This document shows positions 38,518 to 48,301 of a stretch of 64,000 nt of DNA, in pieces. Below the pieces are notes generated by a model. It saw nothing but the letters and a program-made list of their open reading frames with translations, was not told the origin of the DNA and made no database searches. The number at the start of each line of letters is the position of its first letter. Positions within the stretch are counted from its first letter, which is position 1. The stretch covers positions 2,368,001 to 2,432,000 of the forward strand of contig CBDFKD010000002.1 in assembly GCA_965248695.1 (NCBI GenBank), given 5' to 3'. The position numbers and the translations under genes were made by a program. The DNA comes from Acidobacteriota bacterium. Its GTDB lineage: Bacteria > Acidobacteriota > UBA890 > WLXD01.

Positions 38518-40017
38518 GTGGAGTCTCTGGCCCACCTCGGGGAGGGGTTTCTGATCGCGCTCCAGCCGATCAATCTGCTCCTCGTCACGGTCGGGGTCGT
38601 GCTCGGCACCGTGGTCGGGATGCTCCCGGGGATCGGGCCGATCAACGCCATTGCCGTTCTCCTGCCGATGGTCTTTGCCGTCGACTTGCCGGCAGAATCC
38701 GGACTCATCCTGCTTGCCGGAATCTATTACGGCTCCATGTACGGGAACTCCATTTCCACGATCCTCCTGAACATCCCGGGAACCGCTTCGTCGGTGGTCA
38801 CTGCCGTGGACGGATACGCCGCCACGCAGCGCGGCAAGGGAGGACCTGCGCTGGCCATGTCGGCGATCGCTTCCTTCGCCGGAGGAACCCTTTCCATCGC
38901 CGGCCTGGTGTTGCTGGCTCCGGTGCTCGCCGGCTGGGCCACCCGGTTCGGACCGGCGGAGTACTTCGCCCTGATGGTCTTCGCTTTGGCGGTGCTGTCG
39001 TCCCTCTCGGGACGGACGGTGCGGAAGGGGATCATCTCGGCGGCGGTCGGGCTCCTGATCGCGTCGGTCGGACTGGATCCGAATTCCGCCGTGCCGCGCT
39101 TCACTTTCGGCCAGCTTCGCCTCTTCGACGGGATCGATTTCGTCGTCGTCACGCTGGGGCTGTTCGCCGTCGGTGAGGTGCTGCGCTTGCTGGCCGCAAC
39201 GGAGCCCGGCTCAGAGGCTCATCGCGCCGTCGGGCGAGTGATGGTATCCGCGAAGGAGCTCGCCGCGTCTGGCTGGACCATCGTGCGGGGGACGCTGACC
39301 GGCTTCTTCACCGGGGTGCTCCCCGGGGCGGGGGGGACGATCGCCACGTTCCTGGCCTACTCGATCGAGCAGCGCATCTCCGATCGCGAAGGCACGTTCG
39401 GGAAGGGTGACTTGCGCGGGGTCGCGGCTCCTGAGTCCGCCAACAACGCCGCGTCCGTGGGGGCGATGATTCCCCTCCTCACGCTGGGAGTGCCCGGCAG
39501 CGGAACGACGGCCGTCCTCCTGGGCGCCCTGCTCGGAATGGGGGTCGTGCCGGGGCCGCTTCTGCTCGATCGCAACCCGGAGGTCTTCTGGGGCGTGGCG
39601 GCGTCGATGGTTCTTGGGAACATCCTGCTCCTGGCACTGAATCTCCCCCTGGTCGGGATCTTCGTGCGAATCCTGTCGATCCCTCGCTGGATCCTTCTCC
39701 CGGGGGTCTCGGCGCTGACGGTCGTCGCGGCCTACGCGGTCAACCGAAGCGTCTTCGACATCGTGCTCATGGCGGGATTCGGCGTCCTCGGGTACGTCAT
39801 GCTGACTGCGGGCTTTCCCCTCGCTCCGGTGATTCTCGGAGTGGTGTTGGGTCCGCTCATGGAGCGCAGCCTGCGTCGATCGCTGGCGCTGTCAGGCGGG
39901 GATTGGGAGATCCTGTTCAGCTCTCCCATCGCGTTGGCCTTCTGGGCCGCCGCGATCGTCGGCGTGGCGGGGCCGGCGCTCGTGGCGCTGTGGAACCGGC
40001 ATCGGGGAAAGGCCTGA
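38518..40017 (+). CDS. tctA: Tripartite tricarboxylate transporter large permease
   Basis: GMLPGIGP, IYYGSMYG, NIPG and VAAPESANNA..IPLLTLGVPGS motifs. Confidence 0.92.
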   Translation: MESLAHLGEGFLIALQPINLLLVTVGVVLGTVVGMLPGIGPINAIAVLLPMVFAVDLPAESGLILLAGIYYGSMYGNSISTILLNIPGTASSVVTAVDGYAATQRGKGGPALAMSAIASFAGGTLSIAGLVLLAPVLAGWATRFGPAEYFALMVFALAVLSSLSGRTVRKGIISAAVGLLIASVGLDPNSAVPRFTFGQLRLFDGIDFVVVTLGLFAVGEVLRLLAATEPGSEAHRAVGRVMVSAKELAASGWTIVRGTLTGFFTGVLPGAGGTIATFLAYSIEQRISDREGTFGKGDLRGVAAPESANNAASVGAMIPLLTLGVPGSGTTAVLLGALLGMGVVPGPLLLDRNPEVFWGVAASMVLGNILLLALNLPLVGIFVRILSIPRWILLPGVSALTVVAAYAVNRSVFDIVLMAGFGVLGYVMLTAGFPLAPVILGVVLGPLMERSLRRSLALSGGDWEILFSSPIALAFWAAAIVGVAGPALVALWNRHRGKA

Positions 40018-40045
40018 CCGTCGATCTCGGCACGACAGCGACGCA

Positions 40046-40074
40046 GGATCCCCTCAGCGAGCGGCGGGGGATCC
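40046..40074. terminator. Hairpin between convergent tctA and hydrolase genes
   Basis: GGATCCCC-N13-GGGGATCC inverted repeat with no U-tract. Confidence 0.35.
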
Positions 40075-40075
40075 G

Positions 40076-41644
40076 TCACTGCCCCCGGGCTGTGCCGCGC
40101 AGGGTCGGGGCAACGAGCGGCGCGTAGTTCGCGTTGGTCCTGCGGTCGATGCTGATGCGGTCGCCGTGGAATCGGCACACCACGTGATCGACCCACGCGG
40201 TCTCGATGAACTGCCACGTCATCTCGAACGTATGCTCATCCCACCATTGGCCGTGAGCAACGACCCGCATGTCGTCCGATTGGTACTGGTGATGCAGCTT
40301 GTTGCCCGTGATGCCAGTACTGCTTTCGATCCAGTCTCTCAATCCGACACGCACCAGATGCTCACCGCGATGATCGGCCAGCCGGAAATCCGCCCGGCCA
40401 TCGGAGAAATCCAGTTTGACCGTGGATACGTTGTCGTCGTTGGGCTCAATGACGTAGGTCCTGCCGGCAACCTGCGGCACCATCGGCGATGTCGTATAGC
40501 GGGCCAGCGGCAGTAGCCTGAGGTTGTCGAGCCTGTCCTGGAGCTCGTTAGTGGCTGCATCGCTCGGACCGAGGTCTGCATCGCCGAACGCCGCCGGGAA
40601 GTGCTTGAAGATCAGCGACTCCAGTGGCGATCCTCGCGGCACGCCGGCCGTGATCGCGAGCACGGCATCATGTCTCGGGAACACGACGGAGAACTGGCCG
40701 AACGCGCCTTCGGCATAGTACGCGTCAGCAGCTTCATTGACCCACCAGTGGTAGCCGTAGTCCCTGTTCGGCACCTGGGCCCGTGTTGCCTCCTCGACCC
40801 AGCTTTGTGGCAGCAGCTGCTCGCCGTCCCATTGCCCCTTGTCGAGGTGCAGGATTCCGAGCTTCAAGGAATCGGCCGTCATCCAGGTCAGCCCGTTGCC
40901 GCCCGAGCTGATGCCGTTGGGGCTGGCGCCCCAGGTCAGGCCTGAAATGCCGAGCGGTTGGAACACGCGAGGCTCGAGGTAGTCCCGCACGGCCTTACCC
41001 GTCGTCTTCGTGACGATGGCCGACAGCATGAAGCTCAATGCGCTGCTATAGAGGAACTCGTCACCGGGCTCATTCACGACCGGGATCTTGAAGAACTCCA
41101 CCACCCAACTCGTCGTGATCGGCCGGAATACGGATCCGGATACGCTCTCGGCATGCCCGGCCTGCATGGTCAGCAGATCCCGGACGCGCATGGCCGCAAG
41201 CTTGTCGTTCACGACGTCCGGCAGCTCGTCTTCGAAGAACGAGACGACCTTGTCTTCAGGGGAGAAGTGGCCCTCCGCCATCGCCAGGCCGACGCCGCAG
41301 GCTGTCACGCTCTTGGTCAGCGAATGCATGATATGAGGCTGGCAACTCTCGTACGGCCAGCTCCAGCCTTCTGCAACGACCTTCCCATGGCGATAGAGCA
41401 TGAAGCTGTGCAGATCTAGGTCGTTCGCGAACACCTCATCGATGAAGTTGAGCACCACGCGCGAATCCACATTCGCCTCGCCCGGCGAGCCGCGCGTCAG
41501 GCCATCTTCGACTCTCGTCGCACCGAAGTTAATCGATGGCGCAGGCAGCCCGACCGGCAGCAGCGATCCGCCGGCACCCGCCGCCGCGATTGCCTGAACG
41601 AACTGTCGCCGTGACACCCGGTGTTTCGGCTTGGATGCCTTCAA
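40076..41644 (-). CDS. Serine hydrolase (beta-lactamase fold) with Tat signal
   Basis: VSRRQFVQ; HSLTKS, LLTMQAG, FLYSS, YGYHWW and GAFGQ motifs. Start placed at TTG after AGGGGA. Confidence 0.85.
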   Translation of the reverse strand: MKASKPKHRVSRRQFVQAIAAAGAGGSLLPVGLPAPSINFGATRVEDGLTRGSPGEANVDSRVVLNFIDEVFANDLDLHSFMLYRHGKVVAEGWSWPYESCQPHIMHSLTKSVTACGVGLAMAEGHFSPEDKVVSFFEDELPDVVNDKLAAMRVRDLLTMQAGHAESVSGSVFRPITTSWVVEFFKIPVVNEPGDEFLYSSALSFMLSAIVTKTTGKAVRDYLEPRVFQPLGISGLTWGASPNGISSGGNGLTWMTADSLKLGILHLDKGQWDGEQLLPQSWVEEATRAQVPNRDYGYHWWVNEAADAYYAEGAFGQFSVVFPRHDAVLAITAGVPRGSPLESLIFKHFPAAFGDADLGPSDAATNELQDRLDNLRLLPLARYTTSPMVPQVAGRTYVIEPNDDNVSTVKLDFSDGRADFRLADHRGEHLVRVGLRDWIESSTGITGNKLHHQYQSDDMRVVAHGQWWDEHTFEMTWQFIETAWVDHVVCRFHGDRISIDRRTNANYAPLVAPTLRGTARGQ

Positions 41645-41972
41645 GTTGTCCCCTGTGGCTCGAGCTCGTCGAAATCCTTCGCGATCACTTCCCTGTATAG
41701 CCCGTACACACTCAACCTGACAGCGCATAGGTAGGTGGTCACGAAAAGCGACCTGCTCTTTACCGCCGGCTGGGGCCGACCGGATCCACCTGGTTTACCA
41801 GGATCTCACGTGCATATGATGCGTAGGCTAGGAGTCATGATGTCAGCCGTTGAAGAAGCCATGCCGCGACGCACCACCTTCTTGGTCCTGAGCGTGCTGT
41901 ACCCAACTCACGAGATAGCTGTCAAAGACCGGCGAGACTGCGCTCAACCGTAGGTGCATGGAGGCAACTGCT

Positions 41973-43298
41973 ATGACGAAAACCAAGTTCGACCGGCGCG
42001 CTTTCGTGGGTTCTTCAGCGGCAGCGTTGATGCTCGGTGCTCCTAACGGCCGCGCCGTCGCGAGCGGCGCGCCGCATCGCCAGCCAACTCAGCGGTTCGA
42101 CTCCGTCGGAGTCGACGAGGTAAGTCCGGCCTTCTCGGCGGAAGAGTACGAGGATCGTCTCCGGCGCGTTCGAGAACGGATGGCGCAGGACAACATCGAC
42201 GTCCTGTGGACCATGATGCCGGAGGGCATCTGCTACCTCCACGGCATGGGTTCCCTCTGGTACCAGGCGAACTCGCCCAAAGCATGGTCCGCGGCTTCGG
42301 GCACCGCGGTTCATGTCGACCACGACAAGGTCATCCACTTCGACGACGGGTACCACAGCCACCTTCTGGAAGGGAGTCCCGCACCCCTGGAGATCGAGTA
42401 TTTCCGCGGCGGCGACCAGCTTGAGTTCATGGTCAGGCAGCTGGGATCGCGCGGTTGGCTCGGGGGCACGGTCGGCCTGGAATTCTGGAGCTACCGGCCG
42501 AATCCGGCGATCACCGCGCGTCTGCAGGAGACGTTCCGCGCGGGCGGCTGTCAGGTAGTCGACGGCAGCGACGTGCTGCGAGAGGTCAGGTTGGTCAAGT
42601 CTCCGCCGGAGATCGCCTACATCGAGGAGGCGGCGCGAATCTGCGATATCGGCCACGAGGCGATCAGGGCGACGCTCGCACCGGGAGTCACCGAGCTGGA
42701 GGTTTACGGAGAGGCCGTGCGCGCGATGTACGCCGCCGGCGGGGAGACCGCGGCGCTCATACAGGGGATCGGTGGAGGTGGAGTGCACGGGTTGCCTTCA
42801 CGGCGTCGTGTCCGAGCGGGCGAGACCCTTTGGGCGGACCTTTCTGGCGTCGTCAACCGATACCACGCCAACGCTCTCCGAAACTACATCGTTGGAGAGC
42901 CGACGGCGCAGATGATCACGGACTACGAGAAATCGGCCGGATCGTTCGACGTTCTGGAGCGAACGGCCAAGCCAGGAACGCCGCTCCGAGACGTCAATGA
43001 TGCGCTCGTCGATTACTACAAGCAGGTCGGAACGTGGGGAGCCTCAGGGTGGGCAACCGCGTACGAGCTTGGCATCAGCTTCCCACCGGATTGGGTCGGC
43101 AACTTCGTCTTCAACATCACGGACCCAGGGCCGTCGTTCAGCGGAGTGACCGCCGATCCTTCCGAGTGGTCAATCCCGGTTGGCGCCGTTACGAACTACG
43201 AGAGCATCTTCCAAGCTCCGCTGATCGACACGTTCGTTTACGAGGCTGATGGCGCACGACGACTGTCGGCGTTGCCGCTCGAGATCTTCCCGGTGTGA
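41973..43298 (+). CDS. M24-fold hydrolase, ectoine hydrolase-like, Tat signal; paralogue of 17348..18667
   Basis: GGAGG RBS; FDRRAFVG; FSAEEYEDRLRRVRERM, RLVKSPPEI and YELGISFPPDW motifs. Confidence 0.75.
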   Translation: MTKTKFDRRAFVGSSAAALMLGAPNGRAVASGAPHRQPTQRFDSVGVDEVSPAFSAEEYEDRLRRVRERMAQDNIDVLWTMMPEGICYLHGMGSLWYQANSPKAWSAASGTAVHVDHDKVIHFDDGYHSHLLEGSPAPLEIEYFRGGDQLEFMVRQLGSRGWLGGTVGLEFWSYRPNPAITARLQETFRAGGCQVVDGSDVLREVRLVKSPPEIAYIEEAARICDIGHEAIRATLAPGVTELEVYGEAVRAMYAAGGETAALIQGIGGGGVHGLPSRRRVRAGETLWADLSGVVNRYHANALRNYIVGEPTAQMITDYEKSAGSFDVLERTAKPGTPLRDVNDALVDYYKQVGTWGASGWATAYELGISFPPDWVGNFVFNITDPGPSFSGVTADPSEWSIPVGAVTNYESIFQAPLIDTFVYEADGARRLSALPLEIFPV

Positions 43299-43438
43299 GG
43301 TTCTAGAGCGCGTGCTCAGGTTCGCAAGCGTGCTCTTGGTTCTAGTTGGCTCCAGTTGTTCCTCGTTGGGTCCCCGCCTAGCATGGCCCTACGGTGCAAG
43401 GCCAACGTCTGCAACTCTGCCGGACGAGGAGGTGGACC

Positions 43439-45574
43439 ATGTCGCTGCCCAGATCAACTGTCGGCCCGCAATCTCGTAGAAGGCCCCTCGGGGCACCTGT
43501 TCCAACCTTGCGTTCCTTCCGCCGCTGCGTCACCGGGCTGGTGCTGGCCGCGTGCATGCTCGCCAGCTCGGCCACCGTGGTGCCCTCGGCAGCAGGCGAG
43601 AGGGGCCCGTACGGCGTGCGGATCGAGAAGGCGTGGATCCCGATGCCGGATGGCGTGCGGCTATCCGCCACGCTGTACATGCCGGACGGGGAAGAGCCCG
43701 GGGAGAAGTTCTCGTCGGTGTTGAACTACCACCCTTACCGCAAGGACGACCGCGACGTGTCGAGCACCGACAGCTACCTCGCCGCGCACGGCATAGTGGG
43801 AGCGGTCGTCGACATCCGCGGCACCGGCAGCAGCGAGGGCAAGGCCATCGAGCACGAGTACTCGGATCCCGAGCAGCGTGACGGGCTGGAGGTCATCGAT
43901 TGGCTGTCCAAGCAACCCTGGTCGACGGGCAACGTCGGCATGCGGGGACTGTCCTGGGCCGGCTTCAACTCCATCCACATGGCGATGCGCAAACCGACGG
44001 CGCTCAAGGCCATCATGCCGAACATGGCCAGCGACGACCTCTTCTACGACGACGTGCACTACTGGGACGGCATGGTGCACCACTCCACGTGGGAGCAAGG
44101 CTTCGACGTGAGCCTCGCCAGAGGCCGTACGCCCGACTTTCCGACCGATGAGGAGACGTTGGCGCAGCGCTTCGACTCGCCGCCGCCGACGCTCTTCTAC
44201 ATCGACAAGCAACGCGACAGTTCCTACTGGGACGGCCGCTCGCTGAACAGCGACTACAGCGCCATCGACATCCCCACGATGATGATCGGTGGCTGGTACG
44301 ACGGCTATCGCGACAGCCTCTTCCGCATGCTCGAGCACATGGACGTGCCGGTCAAAGCGATCGTCGGCCCCTGGACCCACACCACACCACGCTCCGCTAG
44401 CCCCGGCCCGAGGATCGAACACCGCCACGAGATCGTGCGCTTCTTCGATCACTGGCTCAACGGCAACGACACCGGGCTCATGGACGAGCCACCATTGTCA
44501 GTCTTCGTGCAGCACTGGTACGCGCCGCCGGGCTGGGAGCTCGACGAGGTTCCCGGGGAATGGCGTCTGGAAGAATGGCCCTTGCCGCGCGCGCAAGAGC
44601 GCGCGCTGTACCTCACGGAGTCGGGCGCGCTGGCCGACGCCGCGCCGGGGGCGGGGCACCACGAGCTCGAGTACCGGCCGTCGGTCGGCGCCGAGTACGG
44701 ATCGCGGTGGTGGGGCAACTTCACACCCGACCAGCGTGAGGTCGACGAGAAGGGGAGCCTCGTGTACGAGAGCGAGCCGCTCACCGAGGATCTCGAGATC
44801 CTCGGCAATCCCATGGCGATGCTGCACGCCTCCGCATCGGCACCGCTCGCCAACTGGTTCGGGCGGCTGTCGGACGTGGCTCCGAACGGCAGCGTGACAC
44901 TGGTCACGGGCGGCGGCATGAGCGGTGCGCGACGCGATCAGTCCGAGGAGCCGACGGCGCTCGAGCCCGGCAAGGTGTACCCGCTGGAGCTGGAGCTACA
45001 CGTGACCTCCTGGGTGTTCCCCAAGGGCCACAAGATCCGGCTGGCGATCTCCAACGCGTTCTTCCCGCTCAACTGGCCGACGCCCTACCCCATGACCACG
45101 TCGCTGTATTTCGGCGGCGATCAGGTTTCCAAGCTCGTGCTTCCCACGGTGCCCTTCGAGGCGCGCCCGAAACCGGAGTTCCTCCCGGTGCAACCGCATC
45201 CACCGTCCGGCGACATGAACTACCTGCCGGGCTCGTCGTCACGGAAGATCGACCGCAACGAGGAGGCCGGACGGACACGCATCTCAGTGCGCAGCACCAG
45301 CGCTACCGACTACCCGTGGGGAAGGCGGGCTTCGGACCAGAACCTGATCTACGACATCGACGACGATCGGCCCGAGGCGGCGGAGCTAAGCAGTGACAAC
45401 AGCATCACGTTGACCCTCGACGGCGGATCACGCGTGCTTGTGTATCGCGGCTGGATGAACTTCCAGGGCGATCTCGACAACTTCTACTATCGCTACCGGC
45501 GAACGCTGCTAGAGAACGGCATCCAGATCCGACAGAAGAGCTGGGAAAAGACCGTCCCGCGGAACTACCACTAG
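43439..45574 (+). CDS. CocE/NonD family hydrolase, secreted
   Basis: GAGGAGG RBS; IPMPDGVRLSA, YHPYRK, GLSWAG, GGWYD and VGPWTH motifs. Confidence 0.9.
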   Translation: MSLPRSTVGPQSRRRPLGAPVPTLRSFRRCVTGLVLAACMLASSATVVPSAAGERGPYGVRIEKAWIPMPDGVRLSATLYMPDGEEPGEKFSSVLNYHPYRKDDRDVSSTDSYLAAHGIVGAVVDIRGTGSSEGKAIEHEYSDPEQRDGLEVIDWLSKQPWSTGNVGMRGLSWAGFNSIHMAMRKPTALKAIMPNMASDDLFYDDVHYWDGMVHHSTWEQGFDVSLARGRTPDFPTDEETLAQRFDSPPPTLFYIDKQRDSSYWDGRSLNSDYSAIDIPTMMIGGWYDGYRDSLFRMLEHMDVPVKAIVGPWTHTTPRSASPGPRIEHRHEIVRFFDHWLNGNDTGLMDEPPLSVFVQHWYAPPGWELDEVPGEWRLEEWPLPRAQERALYLTESGALADAAPGAGHHELEYRPSVGAEYGSRWWGNFTPDQREVDEKGSLVYESEPLTEDLEILGNPMAMLHASASAPLANWFGRLSDVAPNGSVTLVTGGGMSGARRDQSEEPTALEPGKVYPLELELHVTSWVFPKGHKIRLAISNAFFPLNWPTPYPMTTSLYFGGDQVSKLVLPTVPFEARPKPEFLPVQPHPPSGDMNYLPGSSSRKIDRNEEAGRTRISVRSTSATDYPWGRRASDQNLIYDIDDDRPEAAELSSDNSITLTLDGGSRVLVYRGWMNFQGDLDNFYYRYRRTLLENGIQIRQKSWEKTVPRNYH

Positions 45575-45753
45575 GGCTCGAGCAAGCCTCGCTGCACCGT
45601 GTCTTGTGAGCGGATCTCTCGCGGTTTGCTCCCAGCCAGCCGCGGCAGAATCGCCGCGATCATCGTTCTCGACGCGCTGGCGGTCTTCGGTGCCGCGTCG
45701 TAGGGTCGGCGCGTCCGAAGTGCAGGCATAGCACCACGAAAGGAAGAAGAGAG

Positions 45754-47199
45754 TTGGCTCCGGAACGACCGCCGGTATTGCTGCGCAAGCTCGGCGTCTT
45801 CGACTCCACCATGATGTTGATGGGAATCATCATCGGGTCGGGGATCTTCACCACCGCCGGGATCATGGCGCAGTATGTCCCGTCGGCGCCCCTTCTACTC
45901 GGTGTCTGGCTCCTGGGCGGCTTGATCACGCTCGCGGGAGCCTTCGCCTTCGCCGAGCTGGGCACGGCGATGCCGGAGGCCGGCGGCCACTACGTGTATC
46001 TGCGGGAGGCTTACGGAGCGCTGGCAGGCTTCCTCTTCGGCTGGATGGCGTTCTGGGTGTCGATGACCGGGTCGATCGCCGCGCTGGCCGTCGCGTTCGC
46101 CGAGTACTTCAGTTTCTTCTTTCCGTCCCTGGGCACCGACGTCGAATTGCTATCGGTTCCTGTGTCGATGGGGCCAGCGTCGTTCGTCTACAGTCTGTCG
46201 GCGGGTCAGATTGTCGCCGTCGTCGTTGTGCTGGTCTTGTCGGCGATCAACTGCATCGGCGTGGGACTCGGGGCCAGGATCGCGAACGCGCTCACCGTGG
46301 TGAAGATCGGCACGCTGCTGGCGCTTGCCGGCTGCGCTTTCACGGTAGGTAGCGGCCGCAGCGTCGACATGACGCTCAACCCGACCGGCATGAGCCTCTC
46401 CGAAATAGTCGTCGGCATCGGGCTGGCTATGATCGCCGCCTCCTGGGCATTCGACGGCTGGAACAACATCAACTACATCGCCGGCGAGATCAAGGACCCT
46501 GCCCGCGCCCTGCCGGTTGCCCTGGTTTTCGGCGTCTCGGCGGTCACGTTTCTGTACGTCGTCACCAACCTCGTCTACTTGTACGCGCTTCCCATCGGCG
46601 AAATGACAGGAGTGGTACGCATCGCCGAGGTCGCTGCCACCGCGTTGTTCGGCGGCCAGATGGCGACCGTGATCTCGCTGGCCGTCATGGTGTCGGTGTT
46701 CGGCGCGCTCCACGGCACGATTCTGGTGGGCCCGCGTATCTACTACGCGATGGCGCGTGACGGCCTCTTCTTCGAGGGTGTCGCGAGGGTACACGAGCGT
46801 TACCGGACCCCTATCGCCGCCATCTCGCTGCAGGCTGCATGGGCGACGCTGCTCACCCTGTCGGGCACTTTCGAACAGCTATTCACGTTCGTGATGTTCT
46901 CGCAGCTGATCTTCTGGGTGGCCACGGTCTGTTCGGTCTTCACGTTGCGTCGCAAGCGCCCAGAGTTGGCGCGTCCGTACAAGACGTTCGGCTATCCGTG
47001 GACACCCTCACTGTTCATCGTGTTGACGGTGGGGATCCTGCTGAACACGTTGTTGGAGCGGCCGGTCGAATCGATCGCCGGCCTGGCGCTGACGGCGATC
47101 GGCATTCCCGCCTACTACCACTGGAGGCGGGGCGAACCGAAGCCGCCAACGGAACCCGGCGGATCGTCGGAGACCCCGGCCGAGCGATCTGAAGCGTAG
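45754..47199 (+). CDS. APC family amino acid permease
   Basis: IIGSGIF, AELGTAMPEAGG, WAFDGW, GEIKDP and RIYYAMARDGLF motifs. Confidence 0.92.
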   Translation: MAPERPPVLLRKLGVFDSTMMLMGIIIGSGIFTTAGIMAQYVPSAPLLLGVWLLGGLITLAGAFAFAELGTAMPEAGGHYVYLREAYGALAGFLFGWMAFWVSMTGSIAALAVAFAEYFSFFFPSLGTDVELLSVPVSMGPASFVYSLSAGQIVAVVVVLVLSAINCIGVGLGARIANALTVVKIGTLLALAGCAFTVGSGRSVDMTLNPTGMSLSEIVVGIGLAMIAASWAFDGWNNINYIAGEIKDPARALPVALVFGVSAVTFLYVVTNLVYLYALPIGEMTGVVRIAEVAATALFGGQMATVISLAVMVSVFGALHGTILVGPRIYYAMARDGLFFEGVARVHERYRTPIAAISLQAAWATLLTLSGTFEQLFTFVMFSQLIFWVATVCSVFTLRRKRPELARPYKTFGYPWTPSLFIVLTVGILLNTLLERPVESIAGLALTAIGIPAYYHWRRGEPKPPTEPGGSSETPAERSEA

Positions 47200-47208
47200 G
47201 GAGGACAC

Positions 47209-48165
47209 ATGAGCAAGAGCGTTGACGCCCGGCGCTCGGATTGGGGTCCTCACGAGACCACATTGCGTGACGACCTCGAGGCGTATTGGGACGGGCCGTG
47301 GGGCTGCGACTCCGAGTGCGGCAGGTTGACGGCCGTGCTGTTGCGACGGCCAGGTGCGGAGATCGAAGGCATCGAGGATCCGAGCGCCGTGCGTTTCAAG
47401 CAAGCGATGGATCCGGAGCGGGCGCGCGGCCAACAGGATCTGCTGGCCGCCCTCTACCTTGAACACGGGGTGGAGGTGCATTACGTCGAGCGTATGCGCC
47501 AGGACCGGCCCAACGCCATCTACATGCGGGACAACATCCTGGGCACGCCCGAGGGAGCTATCGTCGGTCGCCAGGCAATGCGCTGCCGGCGCGGCGAAGA
47601 GCGCTACGCGGCCGAGGCGTTAGCCTGCCTCGGCGTGCCGATCCTGCGCACCGTAGGGGGCGACGGAATCTTCGAGACCGCCTGCTGCCTGTGGGTCGAC
47701 GCCGGGACGGTGCTCATCGGCAGGGGCGACCGCGCCAACGAGGAGGGCTGCCGGCAAGTAAGGGAGGCGCTCCATCACATCGGCGTGGAGCACTTCTTGG
47801 AGCTGCCCGTTCCCAAGGGTTACGCCCACATCGACAGCATCATCACGCTAGTCCGCGAGGACCTGGCGGTGATCGACGAACGCTACGTCCCCGCGTCAGT
47901 TGTCTCCGCGCTCCGCTCGAAGGGCATCGCGGTGGTGGCGGCACGCGACACAGACGAGCTCGACGAGCTGGCGTTGAACGTCGTCGCGCTTGCGCCGGGC
48001 CATGTTGTGATGGCGACCGGCAACCCGCGGACCTGTGATCTCCTCGAGTCGCACGGCATCCGTGTCGAGAAGATCGACGTCTCGGAGATCCTCAAGGGGT
48101 GGGGCTCGATTCACTGCATGACTGGCGTGCTGCGCCGGGACCCGATCCTTGAGGCGTCCAGATAA
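47209..48165 (+). CDS. Amidinotransferase/dimethylarginine dimethylaminohydrolase family protein
   Basis: SECGRLTAVLL, YMRD, RRGEE, HID and GSIHCMT (catalytic Cys) motifs. Confidence 0.88.
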   Translation: MSKSVDARRSDWGPHETTLRDDLEAYWDGPWGCDSECGRLTAVLLRRPGAEIEGIEDPSAVRFKQAMDPERARGQQDLLAALYLEHGVEVHYVERMRQDRPNAIYMRDNILGTPEGAIVGRQAMRCRRGEERYAAEALACLGVPILRTVGGDGIFETACCLWVDAGTVLIGRGDRANEEGCRQVREALHHIGVEHFLELPVPKGYAHIDSIITLVREDLAVIDERYVPASVVSALRSKGIAVVAARDTDELDELALNVVALAPGHVVMATGNPRTCDLLESHGIRVEKIDVSEILKGWGSIHCMTGVLRRDPILEASR

Positions 48166-48301
48166 CTTTGATACAGAAGTCCGGAAATGCTCAGGGAGTC
48201 AGACTGTCGGTCGATTGGCCGATCAGCAACTCGCACACCTCTTTTTTCAAGACCCGGCCTGGCGCCTCTCTACGTGATCCTGGGATCGAGCGAGGTTCTT
48301 C

